A stretch of 59,650 nt of DNA, the filler included. It is 3 parts of 3 records of this genome, joined end to end, with 100 filler letters (N's around TTAATTAATTAA, not from the genome) between each part and the next. Parts side by side here need not be neighbours in the genome. Positions count along the whole stretch, not along the records: positions 13,246 to 37,136 come from SRR20825019_1186; 2 more parts are not named here. One strand, 5' to 3'. The translations under genes and the position numbers were made by a program. Of this stretch, positions 23,500 through 33,780 are shown piece after piece (the stretch's first letter is position 1; the number at the start of each line of letters is the position of its first letter). The notes under the pieces are model-generated. The model did not search any database. It was not told where the DNA came from and was given only the letters and a program-made list of their open reading frames with translations.

Positions 23500-24120
23500 A
23501 TGAAGCTTTATTACATGCCGGGCGCCTGCTCCCTTGCGTCCCATATCGTGCTTTACGAAACCGGTGCGGCCTTCGATATCGAGAAGGTCGACGGGGCCAC
23601 GAAAAAAACGGAGACCGGTGCCGATTTCAGGCAGGTGCATAACAAAGGCTATGTTCCGGCCCTGCAGCTTGATGGTGGAGACGTGCTGACCGAAGGCGCC
23701 GCCATCATGCAGTATCTCGCTGATAATTCAGATAAAAAGGAACTTTCTCCAGCCTTGGGGAGCATTGCGCGCGCCCGGCTGCAGGCGCAAATCAACTTCG
23801 TCGGCACGGAATTGCACAAGTCCTTCAGCCCGCTGTTCAAAAAAGACTCAACAGAGGATGAGAAGGAAGCTGCCCGCAAGAAAGTCGCGTTGCGCCTGGA
23901 CGATGTGGAAGCAGAGCTTTCCGACGGCCGCGCGTTCCTCCTCGGCGACGATTTCTCCATCGCGGACGCCTACCTCTTCACCGTTGCCAACTGGACCAAG
24001 CCGACCGGTCTCGGTCTGGGCGAGCGGCCGAACCTGATGGCCTACATGGCGCGGGTCTCTGAGCGTCCGTCCGTGCAGGCGGCATTGCAGGCGGAAGGCC
24101 TGATCAAAAAAGAAACCTGA
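23500..24120 (+). CDS. gstA: Glutathione S-transferase, beta class
   Basis: MKLYYMPGACSLASHIVL, GYVPAL, LTEGAAI, ELHKSF, FSIADAYLF. Confidence 0.92.
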   Translation: MKLYYMPGACSLASHIVLYETGAAFDIEKVDGATKKTETGADFRQVHNKGYVPALQLDGGDVLTEGAAIMQYLADNSDKKELSPALGSIARARLQAQINFVGTELHKSFSPLFKKDSTEDEKEAARKKVALRLDDVEAELSDGRAFLLGDDFSIADAYLFTVANWTKPTGLGLGERPNLMAYMARVSERPSVQAALQAEGLIKKET

Positions 24121-24334
24121 TCAGGTTCCCTGTTGTGGCGGGAGGTCGCTGAGTCATCCAGTGGCGAGACCTTCCGCCCGATCGGGACGGCGGCACTCAA
24201 TTCCGAGTGGCGCCATCTGCGGCGTTTTGTTTTCAGTCCAGTATGATATGGGTTTTGACGGGATCGGGTCCGGTTTGCCGGATTTGGCGAATGAAAATTG
24301 ACCTGCGCGCGGATGGGGGCGAAAAGTCAAATCC

Positions 24335-25114
24335 ATGGCTGAGGAGAACCTGAAGAAAAGGCTGGAGCTTCTTTATACAGGACGGAGCCGCAGGGCGGAG
24401 CTGTTCCGGTACGCGCTCATCGTGTTTGATATTTTCACGATCGCCTTCTTTATCGCCACGATCCCCATGACCCCGTCGACCACGATCTTCCTGATCGATA
24501 TTGTCGTCGGCCTGCTGATCTTCGGCGACTTCATGGTCCGGCTTTGGATCGCTCCCAGCAAGATCCGCATGCTGCGGCAAATCTATACAATCGCGGATAT
24601 TTTCGTGATTCTGTCCCTGCTGCTGGCGCCGATCTTCAGCCAGAGCTTCGCCTTCCTGCGCATTCTCAGGGCACTCCGGCTGCTGCATTCCTATCATGTG
24701 CTGCGCGATCTGCGGTCCGAAACGCCGTTTTTCCGCCGGAACGAGGAGGTCATCCTTGGCTCGGTCAATCTCGGCGTGTTCGTCTTTTTCGTGACGTCTC
24801 TGGTGTTTGTGCTGCAGTTCGGCGCCAATCCGGGGATCGAGGACTTCATTTCCGCGCTCTATTTCACCGTGTCCGCGCTCACGACGACCGGGTTCGGCGA
24901 TATCGTGCTGACCGGAACGACCGGGCGTCTGCTCGCGATTGTCATCATGGTCGTTGGCGTGACCCTGTTCCTGCGGTTGGCCCAGGTAATTTTCCGGCCG
25001 CGGAAGGTGTCCTATACCTGTCCGTCATGCGGCCTGAACCGGCATGAAGAGGATGCGGTTCACTGCAAGCATTGCGGTGAGCCGTTGAAGATTGAAACAG
25101 AAGGCAGCGACTAG
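24335..25114 (+). CDS. Potassium channel family protein with C-terminal Zn ribbon
   Basis: Six hydrophobic segments, S4-like LRILRALRLL, filter TTTGFGD, CPSC..CKHC. Confidence 0.92.
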   Translation: MAEENLKKRLELLYTGRSRRAELFRYALIVFDIFTIAFFIATIPMTPSTTIFLIDIVVGLLIFGDFMVRLWIAPSKIRMLRQIYTIADIFVILSLLLAPIFSQSFAFLRILRALRLLHSYHVLRDLRSETPFFRRNEEVILGSVNLGVFVFFVTSLVFVLQFGANPGIEDFISALYFTVSALTTTGFGDIVLTGTTGRLLAIVIMVVGVTLFLRLAQVIFRPRKVSYTCPSCGLNRHEEDAVHCKHCGEPLKIETEGSD

Positions 25115-25123
25115 CCCAGTTTT

Positions 25124-25894
25124 TCAGCCTTTTACGGTGGCCGCGAAGGTCTCGTCGCTGATCCAGCCGCTGTTGAGGCCTTCCGCCCAGGAGGCACGGC
25201 CGAGATCGGCCGCCAGCTTCACGGCGGCTTCCTTGTTGTAGGGCACGTGGCGGTGATTGACCGACCAGCCGTTGCTCCGCTTTTCGATAATCGCGTAGCA
25301 GGCGTCCGGCGTGCCGGCCTGGACCCGGTGCGGGGTCGGCTCGATGTCGATATAGGCGGGGCAGCCGACGCTGCCGGGATTGACGATCAGCCGTCCGTCA
25401 CCCGTCATCACACTGCGCGGGATATGGGTGTGGGCGCACAGGATGAGGGATTGCGGTACGCCCTTGCCGTGTTCCTCGATCAGATCGCGCGGCGCCAATG
25501 TGACGCCGTCCCCGACGATCTGCTCCAGCCAGTAGGTATTGTCGTCCTGCGGCGTGCCGTGACAGAGGAAAATCTCGTCCCGCCAGACCAGATGCTGCGG
25601 TAATTGCCGCAGCCAGCCGAAGGTTTCCGGTGTGAGCTGGTCATGCGCGCAGCGGTCGGAAAAGCCCATCTCCTCCGGCGCCTGCTCGACCAGCCAGCGA
25701 TCATGATTGCCGGCGATGCTGGCGGACGCGTCCAGTTCGGCCAGCAGGACCGCCGTGCCTGCCGCATCCAGCGGGCTGCTGAAATGATCGCCCAGATTGA
25801 CGACATCGGTGATGCCCGCGGCCCGGATATCGGCGATCACCGCCTCCAGCGCGAAACTGTTCCCGTGAATGTCGGCAATGACGGCAAAACGCAT
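25124..25894 (-). CDS. Metallophosphoesterase
   Basis: DIHGN, LGD, GNHD, CHG, HTH, NPGSVG. Confidence 0.92.
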   Translation of the reverse strand: MRFAVIADIHGNSFALEAVIADIRAAGITDVVNLGDHFSSPLDAAGTAVLLAELDASASIAGNHDRWLVEQAPEEMGFSDRCAHDQLTPETFGWLRQLPQHLVWRDEIFLCHGTPQDDNTYWLEQIVGDGVTLAPRDLIEEHGKGVPQSLILCAHTHIPRSVMTGDGRLIVNPGSVGCPAYIDIEPTPHRVQAGTPDACYAIIEKRSNGWSVNHRHVPYNKEAAVKLAADLGRASWAEGLNSGWISDETFAATVKG

Positions 25895-25913
25895 GGCTGG
25901 CTCCTCTCCGGGT

Positions 25914-26837
25914 CTATTCGGCTGCGATAGTCGTAGGTGAAGCGGGGGCTGCGTCCCGGCTCGGACTGACACCGAACCGGCGGCTGTAATCCCGGCTGAA
26001 CTGGGTCGGGCTTTCGTAGCCGACGGCGAAGGCGGTCTCCGAGACGGAGAGAGTCCCGCCATAGACCAGCCGCCGCGCTTCCAGCAGGCGAAGCTGCTTC
26101 TGGAACTGCAGCGGGGCCATCTGTGTGATGGCTTTGAAATGCGCATGGAAGGAAGAGGGGCTCATCCCGGCGGCGTCGGCCAGAGCGGCGACTTTCAGCG
26201 GGGCGGTGATATCCCGGCGGATCAGGGCGATGGCCTCCGCGATCCGGCTGGCGTGGCTTTCCGAGCGGGCAAGCAGGCGGACCATGCTGCCGTGCTCCGC
26301 CGTCAGCAGCCAGTAATGGATTTCACGCTTGATCAGGGGGGCAAGTATGGCGGCGGCTTCCGGCTTGTCCGTCAGGGCGAACAGGCGGGCCATCGCATTT
26401 TCGATCTCGGGCGGCGTCCGGCCCGCGGCGATTGTCCGGCCCTCTGTGCCGGGCGGCGTCGCGTCACTCCGGACCTCCCGTGCCAGCTCCCGCAGCAGTG
26501 CGATGTCCAGCGTCAGGGCGAGGGCAACATAGGGCGCGGCCGGGCTGGCCTCGACGATCCGGCTGTTCAGCACGACGTCATGGCTGACGATCAGCGATTG
26601 CCCGGCGCTGAAGGTGACCACGGCATCGCCAAAACAGGCTTTCTTGGCGCCCTGGAGAACCAGACAGAAGATCGGCTGGTAGCAGCAAGGCTCCAGGATC
26701 GTCGGCTGACGGCTGCGGACCAGGCTCAACCCGTCGATCACGGTTGGCCATGGCACGGCGCCCGCACCCTCCCCGTCCGCGTAATTCGTCACGGCGGCAA
26801 TCAGGGCGGTGAGATCTTTCGAGGTATCTTCCTGCAT
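25914..26837 (-). CDS. AraC family regulator (YqhC-like)
   Basis: CLVLQGAK N-domain; MSPSSFHAHFK, QLRLLEAR, VGYESPTQFSRDYSRRFG. Confidence 0.92.
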   Translation of the reverse strand: MQEDTSKDLTALIAAVTNYADGEGAGAVPWPTVIDGLSLVRSRQPTILEPCCYQPIFCLVLQGAKKACFGDAVVTFSAGQSLIVSHDVVLNSRIVEASPAAPYVALALTLDIALLRELAREVRSDATPPGTEGRTIAAGRTPPEIENAMARLFALTDKPEAAAILAPLIKREIHYWLLTAEHGSMVRLLARSESHASRIAEAIALIRRDITAPLKVAALADAAGMSPSSFHAHFKAITQMAPLQFQKQLRLLEARRLVYGGTLSVSETAFAVGYESPTQFSRDYSRRFGVSPSRDAAPASPTTIAAE

Positions 26838-26985
26838 TGGTTAAAGGTGGGACAGTCCGGCGCCGCGATCAATGCGTTGAACGGTTAAATTTGGAGAATC
26901 GGGCAGATCATTCGGAGAAAGCGGCAGGCGCCGCCGTCTCGGTGCTCCTACCTTCCGGTCATCAAGGATTTTCTGGAGACAGAGC

Positions 26986-27750
26986 ATGACCACAGACCGA
27001 AAAATCGCCCTGATCACCGGCGGCAGCCGGGGGCTTGGCCGTAACAGTGCGACCCATCTCGCGGCCAAGGGCATCGACACGATCCTGACCTACCGCACGG
27101 ACAAGGCGGCGGCGGATGAAGCCGTTGCTGCGATCGTCAAAGCGGGCGGCACGGCCGTCGCCCTGCAGCTCGACACGGCGGAGGTCGGCGGCTTCGATGA
27201 TTTCACCTCCCGCCTCGCAGTGGCGCTGAAACAGACATGGGACCGGGAGCAAATCGATTTCCTGGTGAACAATGCCGGCTCCGGCGTCTTTAAACCTTTC
27301 GCGGAGACCACCGAATCTGATTTCGACGCCATGTTGAACGTGCATCTGAAGGGCGTGTTCTTTCTGACGCAGAAACTGGCCCCGATGATCGCGAATGGTG
27401 GCCGTATTCTGAACATCTCGTCCGGCCTTACCCGTTTCGCCCTGCCGGGCTTTGCCGCCTATGCCACGATGAAGGGCGGGATCGAGGTGCTGACCACCTA
27501 TCTGGCGAAGGAGCTGGCGGAACGACAGATCACCGTCAATGTGCTCGCCCCCGGTGCCATCGAGACTGATTTCGGCGGCGGCATGGTGCGCGACAATGCG
27601 GAGATGAACGCGCATATCGCCTCGACCATCGCGCTTGGGCGGGTCGGGCAGCCGGACGATATCGGCGGTGCCGTCAGCAGCTATCTGGCGGGGGACTTCG
27701 GCTGGATGACGGCGCAGCGGATCGAAGTGTCCGGCGGTCAACTGATCTGA
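26986..27750 (+). CDS. Short-chain dehydrogenase/reductase
   Basis: TGGSRGLG, NNAG, YATMK, PGAIETD; divergent from the AraC gene. Confidence 0.93.
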   Translation: MTTDRKIALITGGSRGLGRNSATHLAAKGIDTILTYRTDKAAADEAVAAIVKAGGTAVALQLDTAEVGGFDDFTSRLAVALKQTWDREQIDFLVNNAGSGVFKPFAETTESDFDAMLNVHLKGVFFLTQKLAPMIANGGRILNISSGLTRFALPGFAAYATMKGGIEVLTTYLAKELAERQITVNVLAPGAIETDFGGGMVRDNAEMNAHIASTIALGRVGQPDDIGGAVSSYLAGDFGWMTAQRIEVSGGQLI

Positions 27751-27767
27751 TTGTCTTTAGTGGAAAA

Positions 27768-27796
27768 GGCGGGCGGGAGCACTGTTCCCGCCCGTT
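27768..27796. terminator. Hairpin between convergent SDR and soxG
   Basis: GGCGGGCGGGAGC-ACT-GTTCCCGCCCGTT preceded by AAAA. Confidence 0.65.
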
Positions 27797-27802
27797 GTAT
27801 TC

Positions 27803-28405
27803 TTATCCGCGCGGCTCGATCCGGACGCCGAATTCCAACCCTGCATCTTCCAGATACATCCAGAGATATTCGGCGAAACTGGCCCGGACGAGAATGTCGT
27901 AGGTCGGTGTCTCGTCGGTCTGGTCGAACAGTACGGTGATCCGGCCGAGATGGCTCTGCACGCACTGGCCGGGGCCGAATTCACGCGGATGCAGGTCGAT
28001 GGCGCAACCCTTGATCATCACATCGCGGGCATGACGGCCGGACAGCCGGATCAGCGTGTAATGCTCGGTCACCTCGGTGACGGCGGCATGCAGGCCGGAG
28101 ACGGCCTTCGCCAGCGTGGCGGCAAGGTTCGCATCGTCGCTATAGACCATCCACTCGTTCGGGCCTGTCCACAGCACGCGGGCTGTCTTCGAGCTGGCGA
28201 CGGTGCCCGGCTTTGCCGGCGCCTCGACACCGAGCGCTTTCTTGACGGCGGCGGTGAACGTCTTGTCCGACGGTAGGCCGCGCAACACCAATCTGGTCTG
28301 GAACGGGATCTCGGTCAGCGTGACACCGGCATCGGACGGGCCGCCGATGACGATATCCATCGGGTCGAGCGCGGTGCGGGCGGTGATGTTTGCCAGATCA
28401 GCCAT
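27803..28405 (-). CDS. soxG: Sarcosine oxidase subunit gamma
   Basis: LWTGPNEW, IDLHP, VRASFAEYLW; overlaps the soxA stop. Confidence 0.92.
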   Translation of the reverse strand: MADLANITARTALDPMDIVIGGPSDAGVTLTEIPFQTRLVLRGLPSDKTFTAAVKKALGVEAPAKPGTVASSKTARVLWTGPNEWMVYSDDANLAATLAKAVSGLHAAVTEVTEHYTLIRLSGRHARDVMIKGCAIDLHPREFGPGQCVQSHLGRITVLFDQTDETPTYDILVRASFAEYLWMYLEDAGLEFGVRIEPRG

Positions 28406-31400
28406 CGATCCGCTCTCCTTCCAGATCAAAGAACCGGGGTTCGGTCACCGTGACTTTCACGACCTTGTCCTCAAGCGGGACATGCAGGGTCTGGCCGTGC
28501 CGGGCATGGCCACCCTTGATCAAAGCCATGGCGATGGAGCGGCCGCAATTCGGGCTGTAATAGCTCGATGTGACATGGCCGAGCATTTCCATCGGTGGCT
28601 GCGGTTTCAGCTTTTCGACCACATGGCCGCCTTCCGGCAGCACGGTCTGCGGATCTTCCGTCAACAGGCCGACCAGTTGCTTGCGGTCCGGTGAGGCCAT
28701 GGACTCACGCTCGAGGGAGCGCTTGCCGACAAAGTCCGGTTTCTTTTTCGAGACGATCCAGTCCATGCCGAGGTCGAGCGGGTTCACCGTACCGTCGGTT
28801 TCCTGACCGACGATGATGAAGCCCTTCTCGGCGCGCAGCACATGCATGGTCTCCGTGCCGTAAGGCGTGATGTCGTACTCCTTGCCGGCTTCCATCAGCG
28901 CTTCCCAGAGGGCCAGGCCGTAGCGGGCCGGGACGTTGATCTCAAAGGACAGCTCACCTGTGAAGGAAATCCGGTAGAGCCGCGCCGGGATGCCCGCGAC
29001 CGTGCCTTCCTTCATCGCCATGAAGGGGAAGGCTTCGGCGGAGAAATCGACGTCATTGCAGAGTTTCTGCATCACCGCCCGGCTTTTCGGGCCGTTGATC
29101 GCCACCACGGACCATTGTTCGGTCACAGTGGAGAAGAAGACCTTCAGGTCCGGCCACTCGGTCTGGTGCCATTCTTCCAGCCAGGACAGCACGTTCGCCG
29201 CGCCGCCGGTTGTGGTGGTCATGTGATAATGGTTGTCGCCGATGCAGGTGGTCACGCCGTCATCCATGACCATGCCGTCTTCCTTCAGCATCAAGCCATA
29301 GCGGCAGCGCCCGACACCAAGCTTGAGCCAGGCATTGGTGTAGATGCGGTTGAGGAATTCGGCGGCGTCCGGGCCCTGGATGTCGATCTTGCCGAGGGTG
29401 GACGCGTCGAGGATGCCGCAGCCGTCGCGCACGGCCTTGACCTCGCGGTCGATGGCCTGACGGAAGGTTTCACCCGTCTTCGGGAAATACCAGGCGCGCA
29501 TCCACTGGCCGACATGCTCGAATTTCGCGCCGTTGGCCCGGGCCCATTCGTCGATCCGGGTCTTGCGGATCGGCTCGAACAGCTTGCCGACATTCCGGCC
29601 CGTATAGGCGCCGATGGTAGCAGGCGTGTAGGGCGGGCGGAAGGTTGTGGTACCGACCGAGGGGATCTCGGCGGCGAGCACGTCCGACAGGATGGCCAGC
29701 GCGTTGACGTTGGAGGTCTTGCCCTGGTCCGTGCCCATGCCGGTGGTGGTGTAGCGCTTCAGATGCTCGACCGAGCGATAGCCCTCACGGGCAGCGAGCT
29801 GCACGTCGGCGGCGGTCACGTCGTTCTGGAAATCGACGAAATGCTTGCCCTTGCGGCCGAGTTTGGCCTTGCCCGGTGCGATCCAGAGCGGGCGCAGGCT
29901 GCCCTGTTCCGGCTCGGAGGCTTTCGGGGCGGCGGGTGCACGTCCCTTGTGTCCGGCCTCGCGGGCGGCTTCGGCGCCGAGCTTGAGGCCTTCTTTCAGG
30001 CTGTCGGCCAGACCCATGGTGCCGTTGCAGGCGCCGGCGCTGGCCAGGGCCTGACTTGCCGTGCCGGGAATGAACGCGGCCATTTCCGTATCCCAGGTGA
30101 GCTTGCCCTTGGACTGGGAGAACAGGTGGACCGTCGGGTTCCAGCCGCCAGACATGGCGATCAGGTCGCAATTGACCGATTTGGCCGTGCCGGTGACGCC
30201 GGTGCCGTTCGCATCGAGCTGCATGACCTCCACGCCGGACACCTTCTGCGAGCCCCGCACCGAGACGATGCCGTGGTTCTCATAGACGGTAATGCCCTTG
30301 GCCCGGACCGCATCGGCCAGCGGGCCGGTGACGGATGTGCGGACATCGACGATGGCGGCGATGCGGCCGTGTGCTTCCTCAAGGGCGAGGGCGGTGCGGT
30401 AGGCATCGTCGTTATTGGTGAAGATCACCGCCTTGCGGCCCGGCAGCACGCCATACCGGTTGACGTAAGTGCGCACGGCCGAGGACAACATGACGCCCGG
30501 ACGGTCATTGTCCGTGAAGACCAGCGGCCGTTCGAGGGCACCGGTTGCTAGTACCACGCGTTTCGCCCGGATCTTCCAGAGACGCTGGCGCGGTGTATGT
30601 TCCGGCGCTGCGCCGAGATGGTCGCTTACCCGCTCCAGGCCGGTCAGGTAGTTGTGATCGTAATAGCCGGTGATGGTGCAGCGCTTGACCAGAGTGACCT
30701 CCGGCATCGCTTCCAGCTCCGCCACTGTCTCCTCGACCCAGCGGGCAGGCTCCTTGCCGTCAATCTCGCAATCGCTCTCGGACAGCAGCGATCCGCCCCA
30801 GTCGGCCGTCTCGTCCGCCAGGATTAACCGGGCGCCGGTCTTGCCAGCCGCCAATGCCGCGGCCAGACCGGCAGGTCCGCCGCCAACGATCAACACGTCG
30901 GCATGGGCATGGACCTTCTCGTAGCGATCCGGATCGCGGTCCGGCGGCGCCTTGCCGAGACCGGCTGCATGCCGGATGACATGTTCGTATTTCAGCCAGA
31001 GCGAGGCCGGCCACATGAAGGTCTTGTAATAGAAGCCCGCCGGGAACAACCGGTGGAAGACGGAGTTGATCGCGCCGACATCGAACTTCAGGTTCGGCCA
31101 GCGGTTCTGGCTGGCGGCTTCCAGACCGTCGAAGATCTCGATCTGGGTTGCCCGCAGGTTCGGCTCCGACTTGTTGCCGCTGCCGAGCTGAATCAGCGCG
31201 TTCGGCTCTTCCGATCCGGCGGCGAGGATGCCGCGCGGACGGTGATACTTGAAGCTGCGGCCGATCAGGTGAACGCCGTTTGCGATCAGGGCAGAGGCAA
31301 GCGTGTCGCCCTCAAAGCCCTCATAGCTCTTGCCGTCGAAGGTGAAGCGGACCGGCTTGGAGCGGTCGATGCGACCCTTGTCGCGGATCCGGAAAGACTG

Positions 31401-31409
31401 CCCGCTCAT
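28398..31409 (-). CDS. soxA: Sarcosine oxidase subunit alpha
   Basis: GDTLASAL, RSFKYHRPRG, AGFYYKTF, KRYTTTGMGTDQGK, GcvT-like C-domain. Confidence 0.96.
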   Translation of the reverse strand: MSGQSFRIRDKGRIDRSKPVRFTFDGKSYEGFEGDTLASALIANGVHLIGRSFKYHRPRGILAAGSEEPNALIQLGSGNKSEPNLRATQIEIFDGLEAASQNRWPNLKFDVGAINSVFHRLFPAGFYYKTFMWPASLWLKYEHVIRHAAGLGKAPPDRDPDRYEKVHAHADVLIVGGGPAGLAAALAAGKTGARLILADETADWGGSLLSESDCEIDGKEPARWVEETVAELEAMPEVTLVKRCTITGYYDHNYLTGLERVSDHLGAAPEHTPRQRLWKIRAKRVVLATGALERPLVFTDNDRPGVMLSSAVRTYVNRYGVLPGRKAVIFTNNDDAYRTALALEEAHGRIAAIVDVRTSVTGPLADAVRAKGITVYENHGIVSVRGSQKVSGVEVMQLDANGTGVTGTAKSVNCDLIAMSGGWNPTVHLFSQSKGKLTWDTEMAAFIPGTASQALASAGACNGTMGLADSLKEGLKLGAEAAREAGHKGRAPAAPKASEPEQGSLRPLWIAPGKAKLGRKGKHFVDFQNDVTAADVQLAAREGYRSVEHLKRYTTTGMGTDQGKTSNVNALAILSDVLAAEIPSVGTTTFRPPYTPATIGAYTGRNVGKLFEPIRKTRIDEWARANGAKFEHVGQWMRAWYFPKTGETFRQAIDREVKAVRDGCGILDASTLGKIDIQGPDAAEFLNRIYTNAWLKLGVGRCRYGLMLKEDGMVMDDGVTTCIGDNHYHMTTTTGGAANVLSWLEEWHQTEWPDLKVFFSTVTEQWSVVAINGPKSRAVMQKLCNDVDFSAEAFPFMAMKEGTVAGIPARLYRISFTGELSFEINVPARYGLALWEALMEAGKEYDITPYGTETMHVLRAEKGFIIVGQETDGTVNPLDLGMDWIVSKKKPDFVGKRSLERESMASPDRKQLVGLLTEDPQTVLPEGGHVVEKLKPQPPMEMLGHVTSSYYSPNCGRSIAMALIKGGHARHGQTLHVPLEDKVVKVTVTEPRFFDLEGERIDG

Positions 31410-31762
31410 GTGCCCGACACTCCCGCTTTCGCGTTCTTCTCAGCCGCGCTCTGGCGCCGCCAGTTGCCTTCATAGGCCTTGATGCCTTCGGGGCTCTTCG
31501 GTAGCTCGCCCATCGGATAGATCTCGATGATCTCGTCGGTGGCGGTATTGCGCACGACGTTGAACCATTGCCGGCATCCGGCGCTGTGCGACCAGCGTTC
31601 CAGGAACGGGCCCTTGGCGTTCTGCTTCAGGAACAGATACTCGGCCCATTCCCCGTCGCTCAGCTTTTCCGGCGCGGCCGGGCGCAGGATGTGGGCCTCG
31701 CCGCCATAGTGGAATTCGTTGTCGTCGCGCGGTCCGCACCAGGGACAGGTGATCTTCAGCAT
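31406..31762 (-). CDS. soxD: Sarcosine oxidase subunit delta
   Basis: CPWCGPR..EFHYGGEAH..W..YLF..ERWSHSAGCRQWF. Confidence 0.95.
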   Translation of the reverse strand: MLKITCPWCGPRDDNEFHYGGEAHILRPAAPEKLSDGEWAEYLFLKQNAKGPFLERWSHSAGCRQWFNVVRNTATDEIIEIYPMGELPKSPEGIKAYEGNWRRQSAAEKNAKAGVSGT

Positions 31763-31773
31763 GTTGTGTCTCC

Positions 31774-33066
31774 CTAGTGCGCGACGCCGGCGGCGCCGTG
31801 CTCGTCGATGAGGTAGCCGGTCTCGAAGCGCTTCAGGCTGAACGGCGCGGCGATGGCGTTCGGCTCGTCCCGGGCGATCAGGTCGGCGAAGACATGGCCG
31901 GAACCCGGTGTTGCTTTGAAGCCGCCGGTGCCCCAGCCGCAATTGAAATAGAGCCCGTCGACCGGGGTCTTTGAGATGATCGGCGAGGCGTCCGGGCAGG
32001 TATCGACGATACCGCCCCAGGTCCGCAGCACCCGCAGGCGTGAGACGATGGGATAGAGCTCGACCGCCGCTGCCAGCAGCCCCTCTACCGTCGGGATGCT
32101 GCCGCGCTGGCTGTAGGAATTGTAGGCATCGACACCGGCGCCGAACACCAGCTCGCCCTTGTCGGACTGGCTGATATACATATGCACCGCGTTCGACATC
32201 ACGACCGTATCGATGCAGGGCTTGATCGGCTCGGAGACGAGTGCCTGCAGCGGACGGGAATCGATTGGCAGGTTCAGCCCGGCCATGGACGCGACGACGC
32301 CGGAATGACCGGCGGTGACAACACCGACCTTCTTCGCCTTGATGGTACCGCGACTGGTTTCGATGCCGGTAACCTTGCCGCCGTCGCGCAGGATGCCGGT
32401 GACTTCGCAATTCTGAATAATGTCGACGCCGAGATCGTCGGCTGCGCGGGCATAGCCCCAGGCCACGGCATCGTGCCGGGCGGTGCCGCCACGGCGCTGG
32501 ATGAAGCCGCCCATGACCGGATAGCGAATGCCGGGATTGGTATCGATGATCGGCACCAGCTGCTTGATCTGGGCCGGGCTCATCACTTCGCTGTCGATTC
32601 CGTTCAGGCGGATCGCCTCGACCCGGCGACGCATTTCCTTCAGCTCATGTTCGGAATGCGCCAGTGTCAGCACGCCGCGCTGGGAGAACATGACATTGAA
32701 GTTCAGCTCCTGGCTCATGCCTTCCCAGAGCTTCAGCGCATGCTCGTAGATGCCGGCGCTTTCGTCCCAGAGATAGTTGGAGCGGATGATGGTGGTGTTC
32801 CGGCCGGTATTGCCGCCGCCGACCCAGCCCTTTTCGACCACGGCGATATTCTTGATGCCGTGCACGGAGGCGAGGTAATAGGCGGTAGCGAGGCCATGGC
32901 CGCCGCCGCCGACAATGATCACGTCGTATTCAGGCTTCGGTTCTGGCGAACGCCAGGCCTTTTGCCAGTTCTCGTGATAGCTGAGCGCGTTGCGCGCCAG
33001 TGCGAAGATCGAGTAGCGGGAAGCCCCGCCTCTCAGCGCCCGCATGCCGTTCGCGGAACCTTTCAT
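31774..33066 (-). CDS. soxB: Sarcosine oxidase subunit beta
   Basis: [62 protein letters not shown]. Confidence 0.96.
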   Translation of the reverse strand: MKGSANGMRALRGGASRYSIFALARNALSYHENWQKAWRSPEPKPEYDVIIVGGGGHGLATAYYLASVHGIKNIAVVEKGWVGGGNTGRNTTIIRSNYLWDESAGIYEHALKLWEGMSQELNFNVMFSQRGVLTLAHSEHELKEMRRRVEAIRLNGIDSEVMSPAQIKQLVPIIDTNPGIRYPVMGGFIQRRGGTARHDAVAWGYARAADDLGVDIIQNCEVTGILRDGGKVTGIETSRGTIKAKKVGVVTAGHSGVVASMAGLNLPIDSRPLQALVSEPIKPCIDTVVMSNAVHMYISQSDKGELVFGAGVDAYNSYSQRGSIPTVEGLLAAAVELYPIVSRLRVLRTWGGIVDTCPDASPIISKTPVDGLYFNCGWGTGGFKATPGSGHVFADLIARDEPNAIAAPFSLKRFETGYLIDEHGAAGVAH

Positions 33067-33216
33067 CGCCTTGCCCCCATAGGACCTAGATTCGCCAGAA
33101 TGATCCGGACGGTAATCGGAGCTGTCCAGCCCCTGTTGTTCCGGCCCGACCTGCGGTGACGCCGCTGGAACAGGCCGGATGGGTTCTTTTACCGCAGGCG
33201 GGGGACGGGCGGGTTT

Positions 33217-33765
33217 TTAAAGATTTGGAATATAGTCCGCCGGGGCCGGCCGCTTGTCCGGGTTGGCATGCAGATCGATCGCCATCACCACGTTAGGCCC
33301 ATCGGGCTTGTCGCGAACCGGCAGGCGGACACAGCAGATGCCGTATGTCCGGTTGAGCCATATAAAACGGTTCTCGTGTATGGTCGGTTTACCTGAAGTC
33401 AGGCAGTGCCGGTTTTGCCGGATGAGGGCAGCGGCATAATCCGGATAGGGCATCTCGCTGACATGCATGCCGGTGAAATCCATGCCGCCCTTGTTCGCGG
33501 CGATGACCGAATAGAGCCGGTAGATGAAATCCGTGCCGTCTTTGACGGGAGCGAGCAGGGAAATGCGGCCCATCAGCTTGCCGAAACTTTCCGGCGGGAA
33601 ATGTGATCGCAAGGGAAGACCGGGCCCGGTCCAGCTTTCCCAGCGTTCCAGCATATGCAGGGCTGGCTGCACTGCAGGCACATCGCGCGAAAGCTCAACA
33701 GAGGATATCAATCCGCCGCGTCTCGTGCCGTCGAGGTTCGGAACGAGATGGTCTTTATCGGGCAT
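33217..33765 (-). CDS. PAS_5-like domain protein
   Basis: W..LPLRSHFPP, DFIYRL, DFTG, RLP pattern typical of stand-alone alphaproteobacterial PAS proteins. Confidence 0.65.
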   Translation of the reverse strand: MPDKDHLVPNLDGTRRGGLISSVELSRDVPAVQPALHMLERWESWTGPGLPLRSHFPPESFGKLMGRISLLAPVKDGTDFIYRLYSVIAANKGGMDFTGMHVSEMPYPDYAAALIRQNRHCLTSGKPTIHENRFIWLNRTYGICCVRLPVRDKPDGPNVVMAIDLHANPDKRPAPADYIPNL

Positions 33766-33780
33766 GTTTGGACCGGTGGT

